The translations under genes were made by a program, and so were the position numbers. The notes below the pieces were generated by a model. That model was not told the origin of the DNA, ran no database searches, and saw nothing but the letters and a program-made list of their open reading frames with translations. From contig JACPIS010000040.1 of assembly GCA_016187925.1 (NCBI GenBank), positions 37,242 through 101,241 on the forward strand: a stretch of 64,000 nucleotides of DNA. Direction: 5' to 3'. Shown one piece after another: positions 12,695 to 24,561 of this stretch. Positions within the stretch are counted from its first letter, which is position 1; the number at the start of each line of letters is the position of its first letter. The DNA is from Opitutia bacterium (GTDB lineage Bacteria; Verrucomicrobiota; Verrucomicrobiia; Opitutales; Opitutaceae).

Positions 12695-13885
12695 ATGACT
12701 GCAGCTTCGCCCGCCAGCGTCCCCAGCCCCGCCTCATCGCGCCTGGACTCCGTCGACCTGCTGCGCGGACTCGTCATGGTGGTGATGGCGCTCGACCACA
12801 CGCGGGATTTTTTCCACTTCGGCGCGATCCACGGCATCGACCCGGGCGACCTCGCGCGCACCACGCCGGCGATTTTCTTCACGCGCTGGATCACGCATTT
12901 CTGCGCGCCGGTCTTCTCGTTCCTCGCCGGCACCGGCGTATTCCTCGCGGCCATGCGCGGAAAAACGAAACGCGAACTGTCGTGGTTTCTCGTCACGCGC
13001 GGGATCTGGCTGATCCTCCTCGAGCTGACTTACGGTTACTTTGTCCTGACCTTCTCGATCGGCCTGCACTTCAACATCGCGCTGGTGCTCTGGTCGCTGG
13101 GCTGGTCGATGATCGTGCTGGCCGCACTGATCCATCTGCCGCTGTGGGCCATCGCCGCGTTCGGCCTGACGCTCATTGTCGGACACAATGCCTTCGACCA
13201 CGTGACCCCGCAGAGCTGGGGCGCATGGGCGTGGCTGTGGCAGGTGCTGCATGTGCAAGGGATCGTCAAGGTCTCGTCCGGCTTCCTACTGTTCGTCGCC
13301 TACCCGCTCGTCCCGTGGCTTGGCGTCATGGCGTGCGGTTATGTGTTCGGTGCGATTTTCCGCCTCGAACCGGCTGTCCGGAAAAAATGGCTGTTCCGTC
13401 TCGGTCTCGGACTGACCGCCGCGTTCGTCCTGCTCAGGCTCGGCAACATCTATGGCGACCCGCGCCCATGGTCAGCGCAGCCGCGCGCAGGCTTCACGCT
13501 GCTCTCCTTCCTCAACACCGCCAAGTATCCGCCCTCTCTCTCTTTCCTGCTGATGACGCTCGGGCCGGCCATCCTTCTGCTCGGCTGGCTGGAGGGGCGC
13601 ACCCCGGCAGCGTTGCGGCCGGCGCTGATCTTCGGCCGCGTGCCGCTTTTCTATTACCTGCTCCATTTCCCGCTGGTGCATGCGCTCGCCGCCCTGCTGC
13701 ACTGGTTTCAATGGGGTCGGCCTGATCTGGCGAGCGGCGCGCAAAATCCCCCCGCCGGAGCCGGCGTCGGATTGGTCGGCGTGTATATCGCTTGGCTGCT
13801 CGTCGTCGTCGCGGTCTATCCCGCGTGCCGCTGGTTCGCCGAACTCAAACGCCGGCGGCGCGACGCGTGGCTGAGCTACCTCTGA
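12695..13885 (+). CDS. DUF1624 / heparan-alpha-glucosaminide N-acetyltransferase-like membrane protein
   Basis: RLDSVDLLRGLVMVVMALDHTRD, RWITHFCAP, KYPPSL; start ATG 12695. Confidence 0.88.
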   Translation: MTAASPASVPSPASSRLDSVDLLRGLVMVVMALDHTRDFFHFGAIHGIDPGDLARTTPAIFFTRWITHFCAPVFSFLAGTGVFLAAMRGKTKRELSWFLVTRGIWLILLELTYGYFVLTFSIGLHFNIALVLWSLGWSMIVLAALIHLPLWAIAAFGLTLIVGHNAFDHVTPQSWGAWAWLWQVLHVQGIVKVSSGFLLFVAYPLVPWLGVMACGYVFGAIFRLEPAVRKKWLFRLGLGLTAAFVLLRLGNIYGDPRPWSAQPRAGFTLLSFLNTAKYPPSLSFLLMTLGPAILLLGWLEGRTPAALRPALIFGRVPLFYYLLHFPLVHALAALLHWFQWGRPDLASGAQNPPAGAGVGLVGVYIAWLLVVVAVYPACRWFAELKRRRRDAWLSYL

Positions 13886-14029
13886 ATCGATTCGCGTGCG
13901 GCTCGATCGGGCGTCGAGTCATCGCTTCCGGGGAACACGCGCTGGCCCAATCCGCTGGGCGAGAGCGAACTTGGGAAGGCGGAGAAAATTTTTGCTCAGC
14001 TTGCATGAAGCCTGCTCAGCCAGGGTTGC

Positions 14030-15520
14030 ATGGTTACCTCGCGCGCCCCCCAGGAACTGCCCCACGGTTCCGCCCCCACTCCCTTTGCGCCCTACGCCCA
14101 GGACGGTTTCTTCGACGAGATGCTCGGCGCCGACGGCCGGGTCAGGCTGCATTACCAGCGTTTCACCGCCCAGTTTGGCCACATCAGCTCCGATGATTTC
14201 GCCGCGAAGCGCCGGGCCATCGACCTGGCGTTTCTGCGGCAAGGCATCACGTTCAATGTCTACGGCGACGCGCAAGGCACGGAGCGGGTTTTCCCCTTCG
14301 ATCTCGTGCCCCGCATCATTCCGGCCGCCGAATGGGAGCACCTCGAAGCCGGCCTCATCCAGCGCATCACCGCGCTCAATCTCTTCCTGCACGACATCTA
14401 TCACGAGCAGCGCATCCTCCGCGACGGCACCATCCCCGCCCACTACGTGCTCTCGGCAAAACATTTCCGGCGGGAGTTCGTGAACTTCCGCGTGCCGCGC
14501 GACATCTACATCCACATCTGCGGGACCGACATCATCCGCGACGACCAAGGCCAGTATCTCGTGCTCGAGGACAACGCCCGCTGCCCCTCCGGCGTCAGCT
14601 ACGTCCTCGAAAACCGCCGCGCGCTCAAGCGCACCCTGCCGGATATCTACGAGGCCTGCGGCGTGCGCCCCGTCGACCATTACCCGAACGAGCTGCTCAA
14701 ACTTCTCCGCCACGTCGCTCCTGTCGGTGTCGCCGAGCCCACCGTCGTGCTGCTCACGCCCGGCGCCTACAACTCCGCATATTTCGAACACACCTACCTC
14801 GCCCGCCAGATGGGCATCGAGATCGTCGAGGGCCGCGACCTCGTCGTGCGCGACCAGCACGTCTATATGCGCACGACCAAGGGCCTGCGTCCCGTCCACG
14901 TCATCTACCGGCGCATCGACGACGACTTCCTGGATCCCACCGTATTCCGCCGCGACTCCGCCCTCGGTGTCCCCGGCCTCGTCAACGCCTGCCGGGCCGG
15001 CAGCGTCTCCCTCGCCAACTCCATCGGCACCGGCGTCGCCGACGACAAGGTCATCTATTACTTCGTGCCGCGGATCATCAAATACTATCTCGGCGAGGAA
15101 CCGCTCCTCCCGAACGTCCCCACCTACCTCGCCAGCGAGCCCGCCGATCGCCAATACATCGTCGAGCACCTCGACCAGCTCGTCGTCAAGGCCGCCAACG
15201 AGGCCGGCGGCTACGGCATGCTCATGGGCCCGCACGCCACCCAGGCCGAACGCGACGAGTTCCGCCGGCGCATCGAGGCCGAGCCGCGCAACTACATCGC
15301 CCAACCCATGATCTCCCTCTCGCGCCATCCCACCTGGTGCGACAGCGAGGGCTTCGCCGGCCGGCACATCGACCTGCGTCCCTTCATTCTCTTCGGCGAG
15401 AAACCCGTCGTCATCCCCGGCGGCCTCACCCGCGTCGCCCTCCGCAAAGGCTCCCTCGTCGTCAACTCCTCCCAGGGCGGCGGCAGCAAGGAGACCTGGG
15501 TCCTCTACGGCAACGACTGA
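14030..15520 (+). CDS. Circularly permuted type 2 ATP-grasp protein
   Basis: [58 protein letters not shown]. Confidence 0.93.
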   Translation: MVTSRAPQELPHGSAPTPFAPYAQDGFFDEMLGADGRVRLHYQRFTAQFGHISSDDFAAKRRAIDLAFLRQGITFNVYGDAQGTERVFPFDLVPRIIPAAEWEHLEAGLIQRITALNLFLHDIYHEQRILRDGTIPAHYVLSAKHFRREFVNFRVPRDIYIHICGTDIIRDDQGQYLVLEDNARCPSGVSYVLENRRALKRTLPDIYEACGVRPVDHYPNELLKLLRHVAPVGVAEPTVVLLTPGAYNSAYFEHTYLARQMGIEIVEGRDLVVRDQHVYMRTTKGLRPVHVIYRRIDDDFLDPTVFRRDSALGVPGLVNACRAGSVSLANSIGTGVADDKVIYYFVPRIIKYYLGEEPLLPNVPTYLASEPADRQYIVEHLDQLVVKAANEAGGYGMLMGPHATQAERDEFRRRIEAEPRNYIAQPMISLSRHPTWCDSEGFAGRHIDLRPFILFGEKPVVIPGGLTRVALRKGSLVVNSSQGGGSKETWVLYGND

Positions 15521-15545
15521 GCGCGACCCGCGTCCCCTCCCTTTC

Positions 15546-16583
15546 ATGCTCTCCCGCGTCGCCAATTCCCTCTACTGGATGAGCCGCTACATCGAGCGCG
15601 CCGACAACACCGCGCGCCTGGTGGACGTCAACCTCCAGCTCCTGCTCGATATCCGCCGCCTCGACGACCAGACGCTCGCCGGCCACTGGATGCCCATCGT
15701 CCAGAGCAGCGGCGACGACGACCTCTTCCTTTCCCTCCACCCCCGCGCCACCGGCGAGTCCGTCACCGAGTTCCTCGTCTTCCAGCCCGAGAACCCCAAC
15801 TCCATCGTCTCCTCCATCGGGCAGGCCCGCGAAAATGCCCGCATGGTCCGCGACCAGCTCACCGTCGAATTCTGGGAGGAACTCAACCGCCTCTACCTCT
15901 TCCTCCACTCGCCCCGCGCGCGTGCCGCCTGGCGCGCCAGCCCCCACGACTTTTTTCTCGAGATCAAGAACAGCTCCCTCGTCCTGAACGGCCTCGCCAC
16001 CGCCACGGTCGTCCGCAACGAGGGCTGGAACTTCATGCAGGCGGGCTGCTACCTCGAGCGCGCCGACAAGACCTCCCGCATCCTCGACGTCCGTCATGCC
16101 TCCGTCCCCGCGCGCGGCTCCCCCGGCGCAGTCAGCCAGGACGACGCCCTCGGCTGGTCCGCCGTCCTCCGTTCCTGCAGCGGCTGGGACGCCTACAAGG
16201 CCCTCCACGGCGCCGAGGTCCAGCCCGCCTACGTCGCCGAGTTCCTCCTGCTGACCGACAATTTTCCCCGCTCCGTGCGCTTCTGTGTCCGCGCGCTCGA
16301 CGCTTCACTCCGCCGCATCTCCGGCACCGCCGGCGACCGCTTCAGCAACGACGCCGAAAAGCTCGCCGGCCGGCTCCTCGCCGAGCTCAGCTTCAGTTCG
16401 CCGGCCGATGTTTTCTCCAGCGGTCTTCACACCTACATTGACGAACTTCAGGCCAAGCTGAACGCCATCGGCGACGCCCTTTTCCAAGCCTACATTTTCC
16501 AGCCTTTCCAGACGCTCGAAGACTACGAGCTCCGCCAGCAGGAGGAGCAACAGCAACAGTCCCCGGCCGCGCCGACCGCATGA
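15546..16583 (+). CDS. Alpha-E domain protein
   Basis: MLSRVANSLYWMSRYIERA, ARENAR, LERADKTSRIL, FPRSV. Confidence 0.93.
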   Translation: MLSRVANSLYWMSRYIERADNTARLVDVNLQLLLDIRRLDDQTLAGHWMPIVQSSGDDDLFLSLHPRATGESVTEFLVFQPENPNSIVSSIGQARENARMVRDQLTVEFWEELNRLYLFLHSPRARAAWRASPHDFFLEIKNSSLVLNGLATATVVRNEGWNFMQAGCYLERADKTSRILDVRHASVPARGSPGAVSQDDALGWSAVLRSCSGWDAYKALHGAEVQPAYVAEFLLLTDNFPRSVRFCVRALDASLRRISGTAGDRFSNDAEKLAGRLLAELSFSSPADVFSSGLHTYIDELQAKLNAIGDALFQAYIFQPFQTLEDYELRQQEEQQQQSPAAPTA

Positions 16584-17452
16584 AACTGCAGACCTTCCAC
16601 CGCACCCGCTACCGCTACGGGGCGGCCGTGCGGGAGAGTTTCAATGAGGCGCGCCTTCGCCCCGCCACCGCCGATGGCCAGGAATGCCGCCACTTCGAAC
16701 TCCACATCACGCCCGCGGCCCGGCAGTCGCACTATCTCGATTTCTACCAAAACTGCGTCCACCTCTTCGAGATCGCCGCCCCGCACACCGAGCTCGTGGT
16801 CGAGGCCACGGCCCACGTCCTCACTTGCGACGCCCCCGCTCTCGCACCCGACGCCCGGCCCGCCCCGCTCGCCCGCATCGGCGACGCCCTCCTGCTCGAC
16901 CGCTGCTACGACTTCCTTCCCCCCAGCACCTACGTCGAGATCACGCCCGAGACCACCGCCCTCGCGCCCACCGCGGCCGCCGGCGCCACGGATGTCTGGC
17001 AGGCCGCCCTTGCGCTCACCCGGCACATCCAACGCGAATTCTCCTACCGCCCGGCCGCCACCAACGTCCACACCCACATGCGCGAAGTCCTCAAGGCCCG
17101 CCACGGCGTCTGCCAGGACTTCGCGCACGTCCTGATCGGCTACTGCCGCGCCCTGCAAATCCCCGCCCGCTACGTCAGCGGATACCTCTACAACGGTCCT
17201 CTCGATCAGCTCAAAGGCTCCCAGGCCAGCCACGCCTGGGCCGAGGTCTATGTGCCTGGCGCCGGGTGGTGCGGCCTCGATCCCACCAACGGCCGCGCCA
17301 CCGCCGGCCACCACGTGAAGGTCGCCGTCGGTCGCGATTACGCCGACGTCTCCCCTCTCAAGGGCACCTACCGCGGCACCGACAAACACATCCTCACCGT
17401 CGAGGTCCTCGTCCGGCCGCTGGAAACTCCCACCGCCGTCGCCACGCCCTGA
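16580..17452 (+). CDS. Transglutaminase family protein
   Basis: Catalytic triad motifs GVCQDFAH, SHAW, DPTN; GRDYADV; 4-nt overlap with alpha-E stop. Confidence 0.93.
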   Translation: MKLQTFHRTRYRYGAAVRESFNEARLRPATADGQECRHFELHITPAARQSHYLDFYQNCVHLFEIAAPHTELVVEATAHVLTCDAPALAPDARPAPLARIGDALLLDRCYDFLPPSTYVEITPETTALAPTAAAGATDVWQAALALTRHIQREFSYRPAATNVHTHMREVLKARHGVCQDFAHVLIGYCRALQIPARYVSGYLYNGPLDQLKGSQASHAWAEVYVPGAGWCGLDPTNGRATAGHHVKVAVGRDYADVSPLKGTYRGTDKHILTVEVLVRPLETPTAVATP

Positions 17453-17472
17453 GCCGGACTTGCGCCGATAAG

Positions 17473-17497
17473 GCAGGAGCGCCGCTTGACGGCGCCC
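17473..17497 (+). repeat. Solo degenerate REP-like hairpin
   Basis: gcagga-gcgccg-cttga-cggcgc-cc: GTAG-like head followed by a 6-bp stem. Confidence 0.5.
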
Positions 17498-17504
17498 CGG
17501 GCGC

Positions 17505-17580
17505 TGTCATTGCGAGGAGCGAAGCGACGAAGCAATCCAGTTGGATCGCCACGGCGCGCTACGCGCGCCTCGCGATGACA
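17505..17580. repeat. TGTCAT...ATGACA palindromic element
   Basis: tgtcattgcgagg...cctcgcgatgaca terminal inverted repeat, internal gagcgaagcga core; lies between convergent genes. Confidence 0.8.
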
Positions 17581-17608
17581 ATGGTCAAAGTGCCATGGCC
17601 AATTGACT

Positions 17609-18535
<927 letters not shown>

Positions 18536-18679
18536 GGGAAAAGTGAGGTTGGTGTGTCAGGCGGAAGAGTCACGGGCCGGCCGCCGGTCCGCAACCAGAA
18601 ACCAGTTTCCTCTTGCGTGGCAACGTCTACCAGACAGCTTCGCGCTCCTTTCACGGGCCAAAAACACAACAAGCGATAA

Positions 18680-19315
18680 ATGAAACTGAGTAAGAAACTA
18701 ACGCTCGCAACGGCTGCGCTCATCGGCGCGACCGTCGCACTCGCACAACAGGGCTCCGGCACCGCGTCCGGCGTCCTCGGCACCAGCCACCTGGACGTCG
18801 GCTACGCCCTGACGGACATCGAAAACGTCTCCAGCAACATCCATGCGGCCAAGCTGGCGGTCAACGTGCCCCTCACGGCGCACTACGACCTCAAGCTCGG
18901 CTACCGCTACTCCTGGTGGAACGATCTCGGCCTGGCCCGCATCAACGCCCACACCTTCAGCGCCGATTCCGTCTTCTACACGACGACCCACGGCGTGAAG
19001 CCCTACGCCCTCGTCGGCGTGGGTTACAGCGCGCTTTCGGCCTCCGCCGCCGATATCACCGTCTCCGAGGACTCCGGCATCTGGAACCTCGGCGTCGGCG
19101 TGGAAATCCCGGCCGGCCCGGTCACCTTCACCCCGCACGCGCAATACACCGACTCCTTCAAGAAAAATACCGACGGTCAGTCCCTCTACGGAGTCGACGC
19201 CAATTGGTGGTTCCGTTCGGGCGTCGGCGCCTACGCCGACGTCTCGTATCTCGACCCGAAGGCCACTGCCGACAGCAGCTGGATCTACTCGGTCGGTTTC
19301 CGCGTGAAATTCTAA
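18680..19315 (+). CDS. Outer membrane beta-barrel protein
   Basis: Signal peptide, alternating amphipathic strands, C-terminal aromatic signature YSVGFRVKF. Confidence 0.82.
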   Translation: MKLSKKLTLATAALIGATVALAQQGSGTASGVLGTSHLDVGYALTDIENVSSNIHAAKLAVNVPLTAHYDLKLGYRYSWWNDLGLARINAHTFSADSVFYTTTHGVKPYALVGVGYSALSASAADITVSEDSGIWNLGVGVEIPAGPVTFTPHAQYTDSFKKNTDGQSLYGVDANWWFRSGVGAYADVSYLDPKATADSSWIYSVGFRVKF

Positions 19316-19343
19316 GCACGGACGCGCGTAGAGCGCACTTTCG

Positions 19344-19376
19344 AGCCCGCATGGCCTGCGCCTTGCGGGCTTTTTT
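19344..19376 (+). terminator. Rho-independent terminator of the beta-barrel gene
   Basis: agcccgca...tgcgggct stem followed by a T run. Confidence 0.8.
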
Positions 19377-19510
19377 CCTCCAGCAGGTGACGCGCAGATC
19401 AAGCGCCGCTCCACCCGCGGAGTTGGCGTAGGATGGAGAAAAGGCTCCGGCGGCGGCCGCGCCATTTTCACTGGCTTACGGAAGCCCGATCCGCAGGCTG
19501 GCATAAACCC

Positions 19511-20431
19511 ATGCAGGTGCAGTCCGGTCAGACCTCGTATCCAAATCTCGGACAATCCGTGTTGTTAGTCGTCGGCGCCCTCGCCTTACAAGTCTCCTGC
19601 TGGGTGATGCTCACCGGCTTCGCGTCGCTGGCGACGGGAGAGATCGCGCGCGCCAACCAGGCCATGCTCAATCCCTGGACGTTGGGCGCGGTAAACACCG
19701 GCGCGCTCGCCCTGGTGCTGGCTCTGGGACTGCGCGTCTCGGGCGAGCCGCCGGTCCGCTTCTTCAGCATCCGAAGCTTTATCCCCGCGTTGCTGCCCGC
19801 CGTGTTGCTGACCTCGCTCAGCCTTGCGGTCGTGATGCAGAAATCCGACGCCCTGATTGTCGAACTCCTGCAGCGATTGCCCGGAGTCGGGCCCATCCCG
19901 TCCGACCCCCTCAAACTGGCGGCCTACCCCGCCGGCGGATTCCTCCTGCTGGTCGTAATCGCACCCTTCACCGAGGAGTATCTTTTTCGGCGCATGATCC
20001 TGCGCGGCCTGCTGGCGCGGCACCGGCCGCTCGCCGCCATCGGCATTTCCGCCCTGCTCTTCGGTCTTATGCACGCCAATATCCCGCAGCTCATCCTCGG
20101 CCTCGTCATCGGGGCGGTGTTCGGCTGGTGGTATGCGCGCACCTGCTCGGTCGGCCCGGGCCTCATCGGGCATGCCGCGTTCAACGGCGTGGCTTGGTCC
20201 GGCACCGTGCTGTCTGACGTCATGGCCGCTCCGGGCGTCGGCTCGTACGAGCATCCGGCCGCACGCCTGTCCTGGTCGTTGACCGCCGGATGTCTCGCGC
20301 TGGCGGGATTGGGTCTCTGGCGGTTCAAGGCGATCTGCGACGCCGCGGTGCCCGCCGCGCCTCCGCGGCTAGCCGAGTCAAGCATCCCGCCCCTGCTCGC
20401 GGCTCAACGACCGGATTCGCCCGCCTCGTAA
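19511..20431 (+). CDS. CPBP family (CAAX/Abi) intramembrane glutamic endopeptidase
   Basis: APFTEEYLFR, FGLMH, GHAAFN; multiple TM segments; start ATG 19511 is tentative. Confidence 0.85.
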   Translation: MQVQSGQTSYPNLGQSVLLVVGALALQVSCWVMLTGFASLATGEIARANQAMLNPWTLGAVNTGALALVLALGLRVSGEPPVRFFSIRSFIPALLPAVLLTSLSLAVVMQKSDALIVELLQRLPGVGPIPSDPLKLAAYPAGGFLLLVVIAPFTEEYLFRRMILRGLLARHRPLAAIGISALLFGLMHANIPQLILGLVIGAVFGWWYARTCSVGPGLIGHAAFNGVAWSGTVLSDVMAAPGVGSYEHPAARLSWSLTAGCLALAGLGLWRFKAICDAAVPAAPPRLAESSIPPLLAAQRPDSPAS

Positions 20432-20551
20432 CGCTCGATCCACACGCGGCTCCATGCGGCGTAGTCGCCGGCCTCGATGTGGGCGCGGGCTTGCGCGACG
20501 AGGCAGGGTAGAAATGGACGTTGTGGGGCGTGAGCAGAGTGCGGGCCAGGA
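20404..20551 (-). pseudogene. Displaced degenerate copy of the tgt 3' end
   Basis: Aligns with 22373-22521 including the TGA stop position; scattered substitutions and a 1-nt deletion. Confidence 0.92.
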
Positions 20552-20786
20552 ACCTCGTCGTCCACCCCGTCTTCGACCACTACCGCAGAAGCACCAGGGT
20601 TGCCCGGCCTCCGCGGATCGCGCCGGCGACAACCCCGCTAGCGCCGGGCGCCACGGCGAACCCCGCAGCCTCACCGAGATCAACCGCGCGGAAGCCGAGC
20701 GCAAGTTCGCCCGCGACGGCCGGCTCGACCCCATCGTTGATCGGATCGATCGCTTCAAGCGACTCACCGATTTTCGTCCGGCGTGA
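20551..20786 (+). pseudogene. Relic 3' fragment of an unidentified gene
   Basis: Coding-like GC3 bias in NLVVHPVFDHYR and, after a frameshift, ...SLTEINRAEAERKFARDGRLDPIVDRIDRFKRLTDFRPA*; no start codon. Confidence 0.45.
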
Positions 20787-22230
20787 TTTTCCACGCGCTC
20801 GCCGACTCGAAATCGGCCAGCTTTTCCCATTTCCCGGGGATTTTTTTCATGCGTGGATCAGCCAGCTCGGACTGATCGAGCACCGCATAGACCGGCTGCC
20901 CGGCCCGGTGCATCGTAGCCAGATACTTTGGACCCTCCGTGGCTGCGACGATGTCCCACCGCAAGACCGGGTGACCGGTCTGAAAATAGATCATGCCGCT
21001 GAACAGCATGCTCACCACCAAGGCGTCCGGCGGCAGTTCTCTCCGCGCCCACTCCTTCGCTTCGACATACATGCGGTCATGCTTCCGCGCATTCGGCGTC
21101 CGATTCAAGGCGTTCGCGGCAACCGCGACGGCGATCACCACGACGACAACCACGGCCGTCGTGCCGGGCTGGCGAGCCGGGTTGACCTGCGCGATCATCT
21201 CTTCCATCCCCAGGCCGGCAAGCAGCAGCATGGCTGGAAATGCCGGCGCGAGGAACCGCAGAAACGACCAGTCCAACCGCGACCAGACGTAAAAGGCGTG
21301 GAAGAATACAAACGCACCCACCCACAGCAGCAGTGCCGTCACTTCTCGCCGCTGAACGCCGCGCCGTACGAGGAAAACGGACGCCACCAGTCCAAAGACC
21401 CCCATGGGCAGCAGGCGACCCACCCAGACGGCAAAGTGCCCCATCGTTGGCCAAAAATAATCCGGGGAAAAGAGCAACGACAGTTCGCCGTAGCCAGACC
21501 GCCACGGGCTCCCGTAAAGGGCATTTTGATAGAACCCGAGGGCGACCGCGACCGGTATCCCCGCCAGCGCCGTCAGCCCGATCTTTTTCCAGTCACCCCA
21601 AAGGAGCGCCAGCGCAGGCAGCAACAGGGCGTTGGAAGGCCGGACCAAAACGGCGATTGAAAACGCCACGCCGCACGCCGCCGCTGCCACCATTGAACCC
21701 CGCCGGGCCCGAAGCGCCGTCCAGACCGCCGTGCAGCACCAGAACGTTGCCAGCGTGTCACTGAGTGGCTGGATCGAGCTGTAGACGAACACCGCACATG
21801 GCGCCAGCGAACCGGCGATCGCCATGCCGACGGGACGCGAAAGGCCGAGTTCGCGCGCCAAAAGATAGCACATGACCAGCGTCGCGAGCGCTCCGCCCAC
21901 GCCTACCACGTAGGGCCCCCAGTGCCAGCCGAACAGCAGACATGCTCCCGCCAGGTGCAAGGGCAGCCCAACGGGATAAATCGGCACGAGCCGCGTGGTG
22001 CGCCGGGTCGCCTCGAAACCGAGCGGCTGGAAATCCTGCGACCATTGGTCGCGGAGCTCCGGCTTGATGTGCAGTGCGGTCACGAGGCGGCCTTCGGTGA
22101 GCAGCTGTGCACTGTGCAGGTATCCCGAGGCATCGGCCCCACCCGGTTCCGGCGAAAACCGGGCCGCCAGCCAGGCCGCATAGCCGGCCAGCGCGGCAAG
22201 GCATATGAAGAGGAAACGCGACCGTGACAT
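20764..22230 (-). CDS. GT-C type (ArnT/PMT-like) membrane glycosyltransferase
   Basis: N-terminal TM then GGADASGY acidic loop, YPVG, QPLSD, VRP, about 11 TM segments; start ATG 22230. Confidence 0.72.
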   Translation of the reverse strand: MSRSRFLFICLAALAGYAAWLAARFSPEPGGADASGYLHSAQLLTEGRLVTALHIKPELRDQWSQDFQPLGFEATRRTTRLVPIYPVGLPLHLAGACLLFGWHWGPYVVGVGGALATLVMCYLLARELGLSRPVGMAIAGSLAPCAVFVYSSIQPLSDTLATFWCCTAVWTALRARRGSMVAAAACGVAFSIAVLVRPSNALLLPALALLWGDWKKIGLTALAGIPVAVALGFYQNALYGSPWRSGYGELSLLFSPDYFWPTMGHFAVWVGRLLPMGVFGLVASVFLVRRGVQRREVTALLLWVGAFVFFHAFYVWSRLDWSFLRFLAPAFPAMLLLAGLGMEEMIAQVNPARQPGTTAVVVVVVIAVAVAANALNRTPNARKHDRMYVEAKEWARRELPPDALVVSMLFSGMIYFQTGHPVLRWDIVAATEGPKYLATMHRAGQPVYAVLDQSELADPRMKKIPGKWEKLADFESASAWKITPDENR

Positions 22231-22372
22231 GTCCACCGACTCGGTCACAACACGTCTTCTCCGTCAATTTCTCACTGCGTCCGAACTCGATGAAGTCACG
22301 CAAGGGGTGCACCTCTCCGCTGCCACGGAACTGGATTAGCCCTCCGACCGCATCGCAACCGGGCGTACCGGT

Positions 22373-23512
<1,140 letters not shown>

Positions 23513-23572
23513 GCGGCCAAATTGCCCGAACGCCCCGGGCAAATGCAACCGGTTTCAGGGGCAGGGATTCAA

Positions 23573-23663
23573 GGTAGGGCGAACCCTCCGGGTGAGCCGT
23601 GCTCCGCTGGCGGATTTCCGTCCTGTCTCGAATAACGGCTCGGCGAGGACGCCTCGCCCTACC
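23573..23663. repeat. GTAG-type REP inverted doublet
   Basis: ggtagggcga-accc-tcc-gggt-gagccgt (23573-23600) and, on the other strand, ggtagggcga-ggcg-tcct-cgcc-gagccgt (23635-23663). Confidence 0.85.
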
Positions 23664-23665
23664 CT

Positions 23666-24172
23666 CTACCGCGGCGGCGCCCACGGTCGCACGCCCGCGC
23701 CGCGCGGCAGCGCCGCCACCCGCGCGCGCAGCTCCGCCCAGGCTGGCCCTTGGAAACTGGGCGCGCGCAGCAGCTCGCGCAGCGGCTCGACGACGAACGC
23801 GCGCTCGAACATCCGCGGGTGCGGCAGCTCCAGCACCGGGCCGACCCGCGTCTCGCCGGCAAACCACAGCAGATCGAGATCGATGGTGCGCGGGCCCCAG
23901 CGCACCGCCCGTTGCCGGCCGAGCCTCAGCTCGATCTCCATCATCCGTTGCAGCAGCGCTTCGGGACCGCGCGAAGTCGTCACGCCGGCCACGAGATTGA
24001 GGAACAACGGCTGGTCGAGCACGCCGACCGGGTCCGTTTCGAAAACCGGCGAAGCCTCCACCGCCGCGACGCCCGGCGTCTCGCGCAAAAATCCGAGCGC
24101 CGCCTGCAGCGTCGCCCAGCGGTCGCCGAGGTTGGCGCCCAGTCCGACGATGGCCTGCGGCTGCTCCGGCAT
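23666..24172 (-). CDS. folK: 2-amino-4-hydroxy-6-hydroxymethyldihydropteridine diphosphokinase
   Basis: GLGANLGD, DQPLFLN, WGPRTIDLDLL, LPHPRMFERAFV; start ATG 24172. Confidence 0.95.
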   Translation of the reverse strand: MPEQPQAIVGLGANLGDRWATLQAALGFLRETPGVAAVEASPVFETDPVGVLDQPLFLNLVAGVTTSRGPEALLQRMMEIELRLGRQRAVRWGPRTIDLDLLWFAGETRVGPVLELPHPRMFERAFVVEPLRELLRAPSFQGPAWAELRARVAALPRGAGVRPWAPPR

Positions 24173-24177
24173 CGGGA

Positions 24178-24561
24178 TCAGCGACCGCGCCGCGTGCGGG
24201 TGCGCCGGATGCGCACGCTCACGCCGGCGAACTTGAACGTGACCGGCGGCTCGGGTTTCACCACCTCGACGCTCACGGCCCGCGCCCGCGCGAAGCGCGC
24301 GAGCAGACGCTGCGCGATGTCCTCGGCCAGCGCCTCGATGAGGTAGCGGTGGGCGCCCTCGACCACCTCGCCCACGACGGACTGCACCGCGCAATAGTCG
24401 ATGGCGTGCGCCAGGTCGTCGGTGCGGCCCGCCCGCCGCAGGTCGACCTCGAGCTCCACGTTGACGCGGAACTCCTGCCGCCGGCGTTTCTCGACGGGCA
24501 ACACGCCGTGGCAGGCGTTGAAGGTCAGATCGGTCAGGACGAGTTTGTCGGGCTGGTTCAT
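24178..24561 (-). CDS. folB: Dihydroneopterin aldolase
   Basis: HGVLPVE, DDLAHAIDY, LIEALAE, VVKPEPP; between folP and folK. Confidence 0.93.
   Translation of the reverse strand: MNQPDKLVLTDLTFNACHGVLPVEKRRRQEFRVNVELEVDLRRAGRTDDLAHAIDYCAVQSVVGEVVEGAHRYLIEALAEDIAQRLLARFARARAVSVEVVKPEPPVTFKFAGVSVRIRRTRTRRGR

Noticed and set aside
19511..20431. CPBP protease as a bacteriocin/RiPP or phage-defence locus
   Set aside because: No precursor peptide, modifying enzyme or defence genes are adjacent.
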